A DNA stretch of 64,000 bases from an uncultured delta proteobacterium (GTDB lineage: Bacteria; Desulfobacterota; Desulfobacteria; Desulfobacterales; CAVQMW01), in assembly GCA_963713755.1 (NCBI GenBank), contig CAVQMW010000005.1, positions 1,588,500 to 1,652,499 of the forward strand, read 5' to 3'. Positions 40,627-49,490 of the stretch are shown here, piece after piece. How positions within the stretch are numbered: the stretch's first letter is position 1; the number at the start of each line of letters is the position of its first letter. The position numbers were made by a program, and so were the translations under genes. Below the pieces are notes generated by a model, which saw only the letters and a list, made by a program, of their open reading frames with translations, ran no database searches and was not told the origin of the DNA.

Positions 40627-41997
40627 ATGCCGTTGTTTTACATCACTACCCTGGGCTGCAAGGTCAACCAGTGCGAGTCCCAGGCCTTGGCCCAGGAGCT
40701 GATTCAGGCCGGATACCGGCCCACCGCAGATCCGCGCCAGGCGGAGGTCATGATCGTCAACACCTGCACGGTGACCTCCCGGGCGGCCATGCAGTCCCGC
40801 CAGACCGTGCGGCGGTTGCTGCGGGCGCAGCCCCGGGCCAAAGTGGCGGTGACCGGTTGCAGCGTGCAGACCGATCCCGACCGGTTCCGGACGATTCCCG
40901 GGGTGACCCATCTCGCGGGCAATGCCGACAAAGGCTCCCTGCCGCGGATCCTCGAGGGGAGCCAGCCGCCGGCGGCCATCGGGGAATTTCCCCGGGCGCT
41001 CCCGGGCTTCTCACCCAAGCCCCTGGCCGGGCCCGCCGCTGCCTTGAGCACGGGTTCCCCTGGCCGCACCCGGGCCTTTTTTAAAATTCAGGACGGCTGC
41101 AATGCCTTCTGCACCTACTGCATCGTCCCCCACGCCCGGGGCCCCAGCCGCAGCCTGCGCCTTGAAGATGTCATGGTCGGGTTGCAACGCTATGGTCAGG
41201 CGGGTTTCAAGGAAGTGGTGCTCACCGGGATTCATCTGGGGCAATGGGGCCGGGATTTGGCGCCGCCCCAGGAGATCGAGGCGCTGCTGGACGCCGTCCG
41301 GCAGGCCCGGCCTGTGGCGCGGGTGCGCCTGAGCTCCATGGAACCCAACGAAGTGAGCGACGGCCTGATCCGTCGGGTGGCGGCCTGGCCCGGATTTGCT
41401 CCCCATTTTCATATCCCGCTGCAAAGCGGCGCTGACGGGGTGCTCCGACGCATGGGGCGTCCCTACACCCGGGATCAGTTTGCGCGGCGCATTGAAGCTG
41501 TTCATCACGCCCTGCCCGAGGCCGGTATCGGCGTGGATGTGATGGTGGGCTTTCCCGGGGAGGACGACCACGCCTTTCAGCAGAGCTATGACCTGATTCT
41601 GGTTTTGCCCATCACCTACCTGCACGTCTTTCCCTTCTCGCCCCGCCCCGGCACCCCGGCCCATGGCTTTAAAGATCAGGTGCCGGCCCAGGTGAGCAAA
41701 GCGCGCGCGGCCCGGCTGCGCCGCCTGGGCCGGGCCAAACAGCGGGATTTTTTAAAGACCTTTCTGGACCGGACCGTGGAAGTGCTGGTCACCGGCCCCA
41801 GCGGCCCCAGCAATGGGATCCTGGAAGGGCTCAGCGCCAATTACGCCAAGATCCGTTTCCCGGGGCATAGCCGGCTGCGTAATCAGTTTCTTGAAGTCAA
41901 GGTTCGGGAATTGGATGCCGAGGGCCGGCTGAGGGGCGAGATCGTCTCTAAGGTATCATCTCAAAACGATTGTGAGACCGGTTTTTGCGGGTCTTGA
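40627..41997 (+). CDS. mtaB: t6A37 methylthiotransferase (radical SAM)
   Basis: TLGCKVNQ, NTCTVT, KIQDGCNAFCTYC, HVFPFSPRPGT. Confidence 0.93.
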   Translation: MPLFYITTLGCKVNQCESQALAQELIQAGYRPTADPRQAEVMIVNTCTVTSRAAMQSRQTVRRLLRAQPRAKVAVTGCSVQTDPDRFRTIPGVTHLAGNADKGSLPRILEGSQPPAAIGEFPRALPGFSPKPLAGPAAALSTGSPGRTRAFFKIQDGCNAFCTYCIVPHARGPSRSLRLEDVMVGLQRYGQAGFKEVVLTGIHLGQWGRDLAPPQEIEALLDAVRQARPVARVRLSSMEPNEVSDGLIRRVAAWPGFAPHFHIPLQSGADGVLRRMGRPYTRDQFARRIEAVHHALPEAGIGVDVMVGFPGEDDHAFQQSYDLILVLPITYLHVFPFSPRPGTPAHGFKDQVPAQVSKARAARLRRLGRAKQRDFLKTFLDRTVEVLVTGPSGPSNGILEGLSANYAKIRFPGHSRLRNQFLEVKVRELDAEGRLRGEIVSKVSSQNDCETGFCGS

Positions 41998-42433
41998 GAG
42001 GATCGAAAAGCCTGCCGTTCATGGCGATGTAGACCCCGGGGGGCTGGAGCTGAACCGCCATCAGCGCGCAGCCGATGTTGAAAATGGCATCGGTGATCTT
42101 GAAGCGCGCCGGCTGCATGGCCCCGGTGAGCACCATCACCTTGTCCGGGATGGCCTGCAGCACTTTGGCGGTTTCGATCATGGTATCGGTGCCGTGGGTG
42201 ATGACGATCCGCCGGCAGGGATCGGCCCGCACGGTCTCGAAGATCAGCCGGCGGTCGTCGTCAGTGAGGTCCAGGCTGTCCTTGCGCAGGATGGAGTGCA
42301 CCGCGTAATCGAAGCTCACCTGGGCCCCTTTGAGCACCTCGCCCACCTGGGGCTCGCCCACCTTGAAATCGCTCAACTCGTCAAAGTAGATCTTGTCGAT
42401 GGTGCCGCCGGTGGCGAAGATTTTGATCTGCAT
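41948..42433 (-). CDS. short (N-terminal domain only) asparaginase-family protein
   Basis: TGGTIDK, KDS, THGTDTM, LTGAMQP. Confidence 0.88.
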   Translation of the reverse strand: MQIKIFATGGTIDKIYFDELSDFKVGEPQVGEVLKGAQVSFDYAVHSILRKDSLDLTDDDRRLIFETVRADPCRRIVITHGTDTMIETAKVLQAIPDKVMVLTGAMQPARFKITDAIFNIGCALMAVQLQPPGVYIAMNGRLFDPLKTRKNRSHNRFEMIP

Positions 42434-42434
42434 T

Positions 42435-43193
42435 TTACTTTTCGCCGCGCTGGGCCATGATGGTTTCGTAGGCGCTTTGAATCTCCTGGAACTTCTCCGA
42501 GGCAAAGCGGGTAAATTCGTCGGGCAGCCCCTTGGAGGCGATGGTGTCGGGGTGAAACTCGCGCACCAGCTGGCGGTAGCTCTTTTTGATCTCCTCCACA
42601 CTGGCTTCGGGGGTCAGCTTCAAGGCGGCGTAGTGCTGGTCCAGGTCGTTGACATAGCGCGAGCGCAGGGCTGCATAGCGCTGGGGCCCCATCTGGAAGA
42701 TGCCCACCGCGGTTTGGATCAGCCGCTCCTCGTTGGCGCCCATGCCGCCGTCGCTGGAGGCCACCCGCAGCAGGATATCCACCATCAGCTCCAGGAGCTG
42801 GGGCTGGTGCTGGAAGCGGGCGTGGAACTGGCGGGCGAAACTCTCGAAACTCTCCCTGGAGTCGGCGGCGGTGTGAAAGATATTGATGGCCACCCGGCGG
42901 CTCTGGGGGTCCAGGTTGAGATCGTGGAGCATAAAGTTTTCGATGGAGTCCACCTCGGCCTGGGTGATGCGGCCGTCCATCCGGGCCAGTTTGGCCAGCA
43001 TGGAAAAGGCGCCCAAAAAGAAGGTGAACTGGGCCTCTTCGCTGGCCGAAGCCGGACTGCCCTGGGGGATCTGGCGCATGCCCCCATCCGGTGCATCAAA
43101 GGCGTGGCCAAACACGGCGCCGGCCACGGCCCCTAAAGGACCGCCCAGGGCGAAGCCCAGGGTGCCGCCGATCACTTTGCCGATAATTCCCAT
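42435..43193 (-). CDS. djlA: DjlA-like co-chaperone (TerB + DnaJ)
   Basis: Gly-rich N-terminal TM, KLARMDG, FHPD J-domain motif. Confidence 0.9.
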   Translation of the reverse strand: MGIIGKVIGGTLGFALGGPLGAVAGAVFGHAFDAPDGGMRQIPQGSPASASEEAQFTFFLGAFSMLAKLARMDGRITQAEVDSIENFMLHDLNLDPQSRRVAINIFHTAADSRESFESFARQFHARFQHQPQLLELMVDILLRVASSDGGMGANEERLIQTAVGIFQMGPQRYAALRSRYVNDLDQHYAALKLTPEASVEEIKKSYRQLVREFHPDTIASKGLPDEFTRFASEKFQEIQSAYETIMAQRGEK

Positions 43194-43262
43194 GGTACCA
43201 CTCCTCCAGGTATGGATTTGGGCGCCTATTGTGCCAAAAATCATTCATTTGCGCCAGCCCAA

Positions 43263-43313
43263 ATAATTTCAACCCACACTCCCGGAATCACCGGGAGTGT
43301 GGGTTGAAATTAT
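43263..43313. repeat. perfect 23-bp inverted repeat with 5-nt loop
   Basis: ataatttcaacccacactcccgg-aatca-ccgggagtgtgggttgaaattat. Confidence 0.95.
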
Positions 43314-43317
43314 ATGT

Positions 43318-43495
43318 AACTTGAGAGTCAAGAGTTCTCCGTCATGCCGGATTCGATCCGGCATCCATAAATCCCAAGGTACTGGAATTTATCTGAATTC
43401 CCGCCCCCGGCTTACAGCCTGCCGGGGCAGGCTCCGCGAGGATGACAGGACTAACAATCGAACCTAATGATTTCAGTGGGTTAGAAGAACTATAT
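43318..43495 (+). mobile_element. REP-containing MITE-like element, copy 1
   Basis: aacttgagagtcaagagttctccgtcatgccgg...gaattcccgcc...cgcgaggatgac...ttagaagaactat; homologous to the inverted copy at 47286-47348 + 49070-49178. Confidence 0.75.
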
Positions 43496-43686
43496 ACTGG
43501 TCAGATAACAGGTTTTCCCATCATTATTTTTGGGTTTGAGATGATAATCTCGTTCATCTCAAACGCCTTGCCGCTTTGGCAATGAGGAATATTGCGGGTG
43601 GAATCCTCCTGTGGTCCTCTGCTAGTGGGGGCATGCTGCCCGGGATTGAGAGCGCCCGGGGTCAGTAGACCGATGATGAACTCCCT

Positions 43687-43890
43687 GGATCCCCGCTTTC
43701 GCGAGGATGACGGCCTTCGCGGGGATGACGGGGGGTGTTTGTCCCGGCCGACAGCCGGGCAGGGGATATTGCCCCGGCAGGCAGGCGGGCAGGGCCTGTA
43801 CCCGCGCCCAATAGGCAGGGGGCAAATAATCCTGAGGCTCTGAATGTTTCCAGATTACTCAACCGTGGGTCATCTCCGTGGAGACGGGGA
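43687..43890. repeat. further REP-like GGATTCCCGC-N-GCGGGAATGAC family units
   Basis: ggatccccgctttcgcgaggatgac at 43687, ttcgcggggatgac at ~43716, gtcatctccgtggagacggggaaccag at ~43869. Confidence 0.6.
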
Positions 43891-44203
43891 ACCAGAATCG
43901 AGCTGCGGCGATGAACATTTTCGGGCCAGCCCATACCCGGCTGTGAAGCGGGGGGCCATGGTTCGCCTCAGGGAAAGAGAGAGTCGGGTTTTCGCTCGGA
44001 GACGATGCGGCACCTGATCGATCGTGGTTGAACGGAAACCTTCTTCTCCCTCCCCCTTGATGGGGGAGGGCTGGGGTGGGGGTGAATGATTTCCTGGTGC
44101 TATCCCCCCTTCCGCCCGGGGAGGGGAGTTTTTGGTCAGGCATTAGATGGCGAGGCGGTGACTTTTTGCGAAATCAAAGCGGATATGGTAAGGCGGGGGC
44201 CAT

Positions 44204-45769
44204 ATGTCCAAGCAACGCGCCATTCAGCCCCGGAACCGCCTCTGGAGCGCAATCCCGGTGAGGTTCATCCTGCCGGTGCTGCTCACGGTGATCCTCTTCA
44301 TCCTGACGATCTTCCTGCTGCTGCTGCCCCTGATCGAGGAGAAGCTGATGGACGCCAAGCGGGAGATGATCCGGGAGCTCACCGAGTCGGCCTGGAGTAT
44401 CCTCGCGGCCCATGACCGGAAAGCCCACGCCGGGGAGCTCAGCGGCCCTGCGGCCCGCGCGGCGGCCGTGGAGAGTCTGCGCCATCTGCGCTACGGCCCG
44501 GAACTCAAGGACTACTTTTGGGTCAACGACATGCAGCCCCGGATCATCATGCATCCCTACCGGCCCGATCTGGAGGGCCAGGAGATCTCCGATTATACCG
44601 ATCCCAAGGGCAAGCATCTCTTTGTGGAGTTCGTCAAGGTGGTGGCGGCCCGGGGCGAGGGCTACGTGGATTACGAATGGCAGTGGAAGGACGACCCCCA
44701 GCGCATCGTGCCCAAGATTTCCTATGTGAAGGGGTTCGCGCCCTGGGGCTGGATCGTGGGCACCGGCATTTACGTGGAGGATGTGCGGACCGAAATCGCC
44801 GCCCTCACCCGCAAGCTGACCCTGGCCTGCCTGGGAATCCTGGCCGTGATCGTGCTGCTCTCGGTCTATGTGGTGCGCCGGGGAATGATTGTCGAACAGG
44901 AGCGGTCCCGGGCCGAGGCCAAGGCCCGGATGCGCCAGGAGCAGCTCTTCAGGGCGGCCAAAATGGTCTCCCTGGGAACCCTGGTCTCCGGGGTGGCCCA
45001 TGAGATCAACAATCCGGTCACCTCGGCCCTGCTCAACACCCAGACCCTGCGCAAGGTGTGGCAAGGGGTGCTGCCCATTCTGGATGCCCAGTCCCGGGAG
45101 CAGGGGGACTTCAGGGTGGGGGGCATGACCTACAATCAGATCCGGGAGCGGATGCCCGATCTGCTGGCCCACATCGAGGAGGGGACCCGGCGGGTGCGCG
45201 ATATCGTCACCGATCTCAAGGATTTCGCCCGGGAGACCCCGGCCGAGCGCACCGACGACATCGACCTGAACCAGGTGGTTCCCAAGGCTCTGGGACTGGT
45301 CTCCAACCTGATCAAAAAGTCCACCCAGGCCTTTTCAGTGGACTACGCCCCCGGTCTGCCGCGCTTCAAAGGCAGTGCCCAGCGCATCGAGCAGGTGGTG
45401 ATCAACCTGGTGATGAACGCCTGCCAGGCCCTGGCCGACAGCGCGGGAGCGGTAAGGGTGCGCACCGGGGCGGCGCCTGATGGCGGCGGAGTGTTTGTGG
45501 AGGTGCGGGATGAAGGCCAAGGGATGAGCGCCGAAGCGCTGCAGCGGGCCAAGGATCCTTTTTTCACCACCAAAAGGGATGGCGGCGGCACCGGCCTGGG
45601 TCTGGCCATCTCGGACCGCATCGTCCGCGACCATGAGGGCCGGATGACCTTCGTTTCCGAGCCTGGTAAGGGCACCACGGTGCGGGTCACCTTCCCCTGC
45701 CCGCTGCCCGACGATCCGCAAACGAGATCGGGCGCGGGCGAAATCAGAGCGGGAGTTCCCCATGCATGA
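44204..45769 (+). CDS. single-Cache (sCache_2-like) sensor histidine kinase
   Basis: TM, then LRYG..DYFWVND..IMHP..DPKGK.LF..EGYVDYEW..PKISYVK..WGWIVGTGIY, then TM; GVAHEINNP, DPFFTTK, GTGLGL. Confidence 0.93.
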   Translation: MSKQRAIQPRNRLWSAIPVRFILPVLLTVILFILTIFLLLLPLIEEKLMDAKREMIRELTESAWSILAAHDRKAHAGELSGPAARAAAVESLRHLRYGPELKDYFWVNDMQPRIIMHPYRPDLEGQEISDYTDPKGKHLFVEFVKVVAARGEGYVDYEWQWKDDPQRIVPKISYVKGFAPWGWIVGTGIYVEDVRTEIAALTRKLTLACLGILAVIVLLSVYVVRRGMIVEQERSRAEAKARMRQEQLFRAAKMVSLGTLVSGVAHEINNPVTSALLNTQTLRKVWQGVLPILDAQSREQGDFRVGGMTYNQIRERMPDLLAHIEEGTRRVRDIVTDLKDFARETPAERTDDIDLNQVVPKALGLVSNLIKKSTQAFSVDYAPGLPRFKGSAQRIEQVVINLVMNACQALADSAGAVRVRTGAAPDGGGVFVEVRDEGQGMSAEALQRAKDPFFTTKRDGGGTGLGLAISDRIVRDHEGRMTFVSEPGKGTTVRVTFPCPLPDDPQTRSGAGEIRAGVPHA

Positions 45770-47210
45770 GCGCGACAGATCTCCAGAGCCCCGGATTCCG
45801 CGGCGGCCCATTCTGATCGTGGACGACGAGGCGCCCATTCTGCTGGCCATTGACACCACCCTGCGCATGGCCGGCATGAACAACCTCATCACCTGCGCGG
45901 ACAGCCGCAAGGTCGAGGCCTTGCTGGCCGAGCAGCCCATCGAGGTGATGCTCCTCGACCTGAACATGCCCCACGTCACCGGCGAGCGGCTGCTGGACAT
46001 GGTCAGCCGGGACCATCCCGATATACCGGTGATCATCGTCACCGGCGCCGTGGACGTGGAGACCGCGGTGCGCTGCATCAAGGTGGGGGCCTTTGACTAC
46101 GTGGTCAAGCCGGTTGAGGAGGAGCGGCTGATCACCGCGGTGAACCGCGCCATCTCCTTTCAGGAGCTGAAGCGGGAGAACCTGGCCCTCAAGCAGCACA
46201 TCCTGGCCGACACCCTGGAGCAGCCCGAGGCCTTCGGCGAGATCGTCACCAACAACCAGAAGATGCTGCTGATTTTTCAGTACATCGAGTCCATCGCGCG
46301 GACCAACCAGCCGGTGCTAATCCGGGGCGAAACCGGCGTGGGTAAGGAACTTATTGCGCGTACCCTACACACCCTGAGCGGCCTTTCGGGCAATTTCGTG
46401 GCCGTGAATGCGGCCGGTCTGGATGACAATGTCTTTTCCGACACCTTGTTTGGGCACGTGCGGGGCGCCTACACCGGCGCGGACCGCACCCGCAGCGGAC
46501 TCATCGAGCAGGCCGCCGGTGGGACCCTCTTTCTGGACGAGATCGGCGACCTCAATCACGCCTCCCAGGTGAAGCTGCTGCGCCTGCTCCAGGAGGGGGA
46601 GTACTTTCCCCTGGGGCGGGACGAACCGCGAAAGTCCGACGCCCGCATGGTGGCCGCCACCAACCGCAATCTCTCCCGGCTGCTGGAAACCGGTGAATTC
46701 CGCAAGGACCTCAACTACCGGCTGCGCACCCACCGGATCTATATTCCGCCGCTGCGGGAGCGTCTGGACGACATTCCCCTGTTGGTGGACCATTTTTTGG
46801 AAGAAACCGCCCAAAGCCTGGGCAAGCCCAAACCGACGCCCCCCGCAGAGTTGTACACGTTGCTGAAGACCTATGCCTTTCCCGGGAATATCCGGGAACT
46901 GCAATCCCTGATCATCGACGCTCTGAGCCGGCACAAATCCGGGGTGCTCTCCCTGGAGGCCTTCCGGGTTCACATCGGCCGCGGGCGGCCGGCGGACGCC
47001 GCGCAGGCAGTCCATCCGCCGGACGGGGTTCCGGATGCCCCCCGGCTGGACTTCCCCGGGCCGGAACTGCCCACCCTTAAACAGGCCACGGAGCTGCTGG
47101 TGCGCGAGGCTTTGCAGCGCGCCGAGGGCAATCAATCGATTGCCGCCGGAATGCTGGGAATCTCCCAGCAGGCCCTCAGCAAGCGGCTAAAAAAGGCGGC
47201 CGCGGAATAG
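45762..47210 (+). CDS. sigma54-dependent response regulator (NtrC family)
   Basis: IVDDE/LDLNMP receiver, GETGVGKE, GAYTGA, LFLDEIG, FPGNIREL, Fis-type HTH. Confidence 0.95.
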   Translation: MHERDRSPEPRIPRRPILIVDDEAPILLAIDTTLRMAGMNNLITCADSRKVEALLAEQPIEVMLLDLNMPHVTGERLLDMVSRDHPDIPVIIVTGAVDVETAVRCIKVGAFDYVVKPVEEERLITAVNRAISFQELKRENLALKQHILADTLEQPEAFGEIVTNNQKMLLIFQYIESIARTNQPVLIRGETGVGKELIARTLHTLSGLSGNFVAVNAAGLDDNVFSDTLFGHVRGAYTGADRTRSGLIEQAAGGTLFLDEIGDLNHASQVKLLRLLQEGEYFPLGRDEPRKSDARMVAATNRNLSRLLETGEFRKDLNYRLRTHRIYIPPLRERLDDIPLLVDHFLEETAQSLGKPKPTPPAELYTLLKTYAFPGNIRELQSLIIDALSRHKSGVLSLEAFRVHIGRGRPADAAQAVHPPDGVPDAPRLDFPGPELPTLKQATELLVREALQRAEGNQSIAAGMLGISQQALSKRLKKAAAE

Positions 47211-47411
47211 GCGCCGTATCGCGCCCGCAGCCCGCGGGTTCCCCATCCCACAAATCACCTCCCTGTGTTCCCAGCTGGTCAGTCCATAGTTCTTCTAAAG
47301 CACTGAGATTATTAGGATCGGTGGGTTAGGCTCGTCATTCCCGCGTAGTTAATCAGGGGAAAGTCAACACAATTTTTTCATGATTCATGTTCTTTGAAAA
47401 TTCGGTAAAGC

Positions 47412-48812
47412 CTACAATTTTGGCAAAATCTCTGCTAAGATATCGCCTAATGGAACGGGGGCTGTGATCCCGGACTTAGTGTCATCGACGCTATGGGACC
47501 GCTTCCGTTCCAGCCTCTTTTTACGCTGGCGTTTGGTAACCGGCGCTTTGGTATCATATTGTTGAAAGCGCCGCGTCGTTAATCCCACCTTGCCTTTGTT
47601 TCCACTCTTTTTGTTTCTCTGCTGATTAGCGATATCGATGTTTGGGTCAAACGGTTTGCTATGTTTCAACATTCCGTAGATGATCCGCAGAATCTTATGC
47701 ATGCAGATACCCATGGCCGCCATGTTGTGTTTACCCCGTTGCTGATGCTTTTCATAAACCTGTTTGATCAGCGGGTTGCTCTTTATCGCCGATAAGGTGA
47801 CCATATACAGAATCTGTCGGGGTGCCTGGCGGCCTTGTTTACTCATCTTCACGGCGCCGACGCCATCCCCACTGATCTTATAGACCGGATGCAGCCCAAA
47901 GAATGAAGCCAGTTTTTTCGCAGTGGCAAAACGCTCGACGGTTTGAATTTCGATCAAAAGTCCGATGGCAGACCAATCACTGATACCAATGAAGCTTTTG
48001 AGCAACTGAACTTCGGGCATCTGACAGTGTTTGGCCATGCGTTCTTTTTGAGTCGCGATGGTTTTTTTCAAATGAAGGATCTGCCGGGCAGTGTCTTTGA
48101 TCAATTGCTGGGTTATCGGGTCTGCGGCTGATGCCACGGAGCGCTTGGCCCCGGCGATGAGCTTCCGGGCACGTTCAATCGTCACCCGGGGAATCCTGGC
48201 CACACTCTTGGCACGGGCTTTCTTCAATTTGGCCGCACCGGGATATTTCACCGAAAGTCTCAGGACCCAATCCGGTACGCCATCCTGGCAGTAGTGTAGC
48301 CATTCGGGACTGGCGGAATATAGCAGGGCATTGAGTTCGTTAAGAAACTGGGTGCACTGTTTGGTCAGCATTTTGATAAAGCCCCACTGCCTTCTCAGTC
48401 CGGCCAGTTGATCGTCTTGCTGATAGGTCACCTTCTCCGGATGGGCCACCAGGTACTCGGCAACGTTTCGGGCGCTGATCTTGTCGGTGGTATTCTTCTT
48501 CAAGTCGGCTTTGCTGTTGTGCACGACGCCAAACGGATTGAGCCGGGCGGTTTGGATATCCAAAGAGCCCTGAAACCGTCGTAATGCATTGTACCAGTTG
48601 TTTTCATAGCCACCGGTACTTTCCATTGCTGCAAACAGGGTTGAATCCGGATGATCGGCCATAAAATCATTGAGCACATCGTAGAGGCTGTTATGACCCT
48701 CAAAGGTATCATCCAATTGAAAGCCCTTAACCACCGGCTGTTTTCGGCTATCGATAATCATGAAGTCAGCATAGCCTTTACTGACGTCAAGACCCAAATA
48801 AAACGGTTGCAT
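47412..48812 (-). CDS. IS110-family recombinase/transposase
   Basis: LGLDVSK, MESTGGY, TTDKISA, FIGI, FGLHPVYKISG, HKILRIIYGMLK; AAGGAGG RBS. Confidence 0.95.
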   Translation of the reverse strand: MQPFYLGLDVSKGYADFMIIDSRKQPVVKGFQLDDTFEGHNSLYDVLNDFMADHPDSTLFAAMESTGGYENNWYNALRRFQGSLDIQTARLNPFGVVHNSKADLKKNTTDKISARNVAEYLVAHPEKVTYQQDDQLAGLRRQWGFIKMLTKQCTQFLNELNALLYSASPEWLHYCQDGVPDWVLRLSVKYPGAAKLKKARAKSVARIPRVTIERARKLIAGAKRSVASAADPITQQLIKDTARQILHLKKTIATQKERMAKHCQMPEVQLLKSFIGISDWSAIGLLIEIQTVERFATAKKLASFFGLHPVYKISGDGVGAVKMSKQGRQAPRQILYMVTLSAIKSNPLIKQVYEKHQQRGKHNMAAMGICMHKILRIIYGMLKHSKPFDPNIDIANQQRNKKSGNKGKVGLTTRRFQQYDTKAPVTKRQRKKRLERKRSHSVDDTKSGITAPVPLGDILAEILPKL

Positions 48813-48838
48813 GACAAACCTCCTTTCGGGGTTTAGAG

Positions 48839-49040
48839 TGCCAGGTATCATCAGCCTTGTTAACATCCGGTGTCATGCACCAAGTTAATCACCGACTTTT
48901 ACCTGGCGGAAGGAAGACACTACGCGACGGGCTCGAAGCCCACGGCGGGATCCTTCTCTTCCACCATTTTATACGGCTTGACCGAATTGAAAAATTTAAA
49001 TTGCGTTTTGGGGGGCCTTGCCCCCCAAACCCCCCGCTTT
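48839..49040 (-). ncRNA. predicted IS110 bridge RNA (5' hairpin, target-binding loop, donor-binding loop); ends approximate
   Basis: Stem-flanked internal loops carry segments matching the target (tcccgcc, cgcgtag) and the donor junction (tgattaacttg, acaag). Confidence 0.8.
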
Positions 49041-49189
49041 TTTTTAATTATTTGTTTTTTAACCATACAAGGCGGTAATCCAGATAGATTCCAATACATT
49101 AGAATCTCTGGATGCCGGATCCGTCATCACGGGCTCGATCCGGGACCGGCATGACGGAGAACTTTGGACTCTCAAGTTTCCAGCAACCC

Positions 49190-49292
49190 CTACAACCTTT
49201 ATTGTGGCTACAACCTAAGTTGTAGCCCCGCCATTTCCCCTTTTTTTAGCCTGGAAGGCCGGGTTTGGGTGCTTCCACAACTTCGGTTGTAG
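49190..49292. promoter_or_regulatory. three palindromic ACAAC-N4-GTTGT boxes, candidate enhancer sites for a sigma54 activator
   Basis: ctacaacctttattgtgg (49190), ggctacaac-ctaa-gttgtagcc (49206-49227), ccacaacttcggttgtag (49275). Confidence 0.7.
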
Positions 49293-49369
49293 GCCTTCAG
49301 TCTGCTTCAATGTGAATTAATAATAAAATAATTAATTAATTTCAGTATCTTATCTTATTTATTCGATTC

Positions 49370-49384
49370 TGGCACACCGCTTGC
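49370..49384 (+). promoter_or_regulatory. sigma54 promoter
   Basis: TGGCAC-accgc-TTGC is a perfect -24/-12 consensus, preceded by an AT-rich tract. Confidence 0.88.
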
Positions 49385-49490
49385 GTTATACTCCTAAGAT
49401 ATTGGCCCAATCCAATAAACTGAATCAAATTCATAAAGCCCCGGTAACGGAACGCAGACCTGAATATCCAAGCACAAGGAGCAAGGCACC

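Larger units (their letters stand above)
47347..49071 (-). mobile_element. IS110-family element inserted in a REP-like palindrome; AG (CT on element strand) core at both ends
   Basis: Removing the element and one core restores gtcattcccgcgtAGgcggtaatcc; cores at 47347-48 and 49070-71; no long TIRs. Confidence 0.9.

Noticed and set aside
41948-41997. 50-nt convergent overlap of mtaB and the asparaginase-like gene
   Set aside because: Short tail-to-tail overlaps are common, and nothing suggests regulation.
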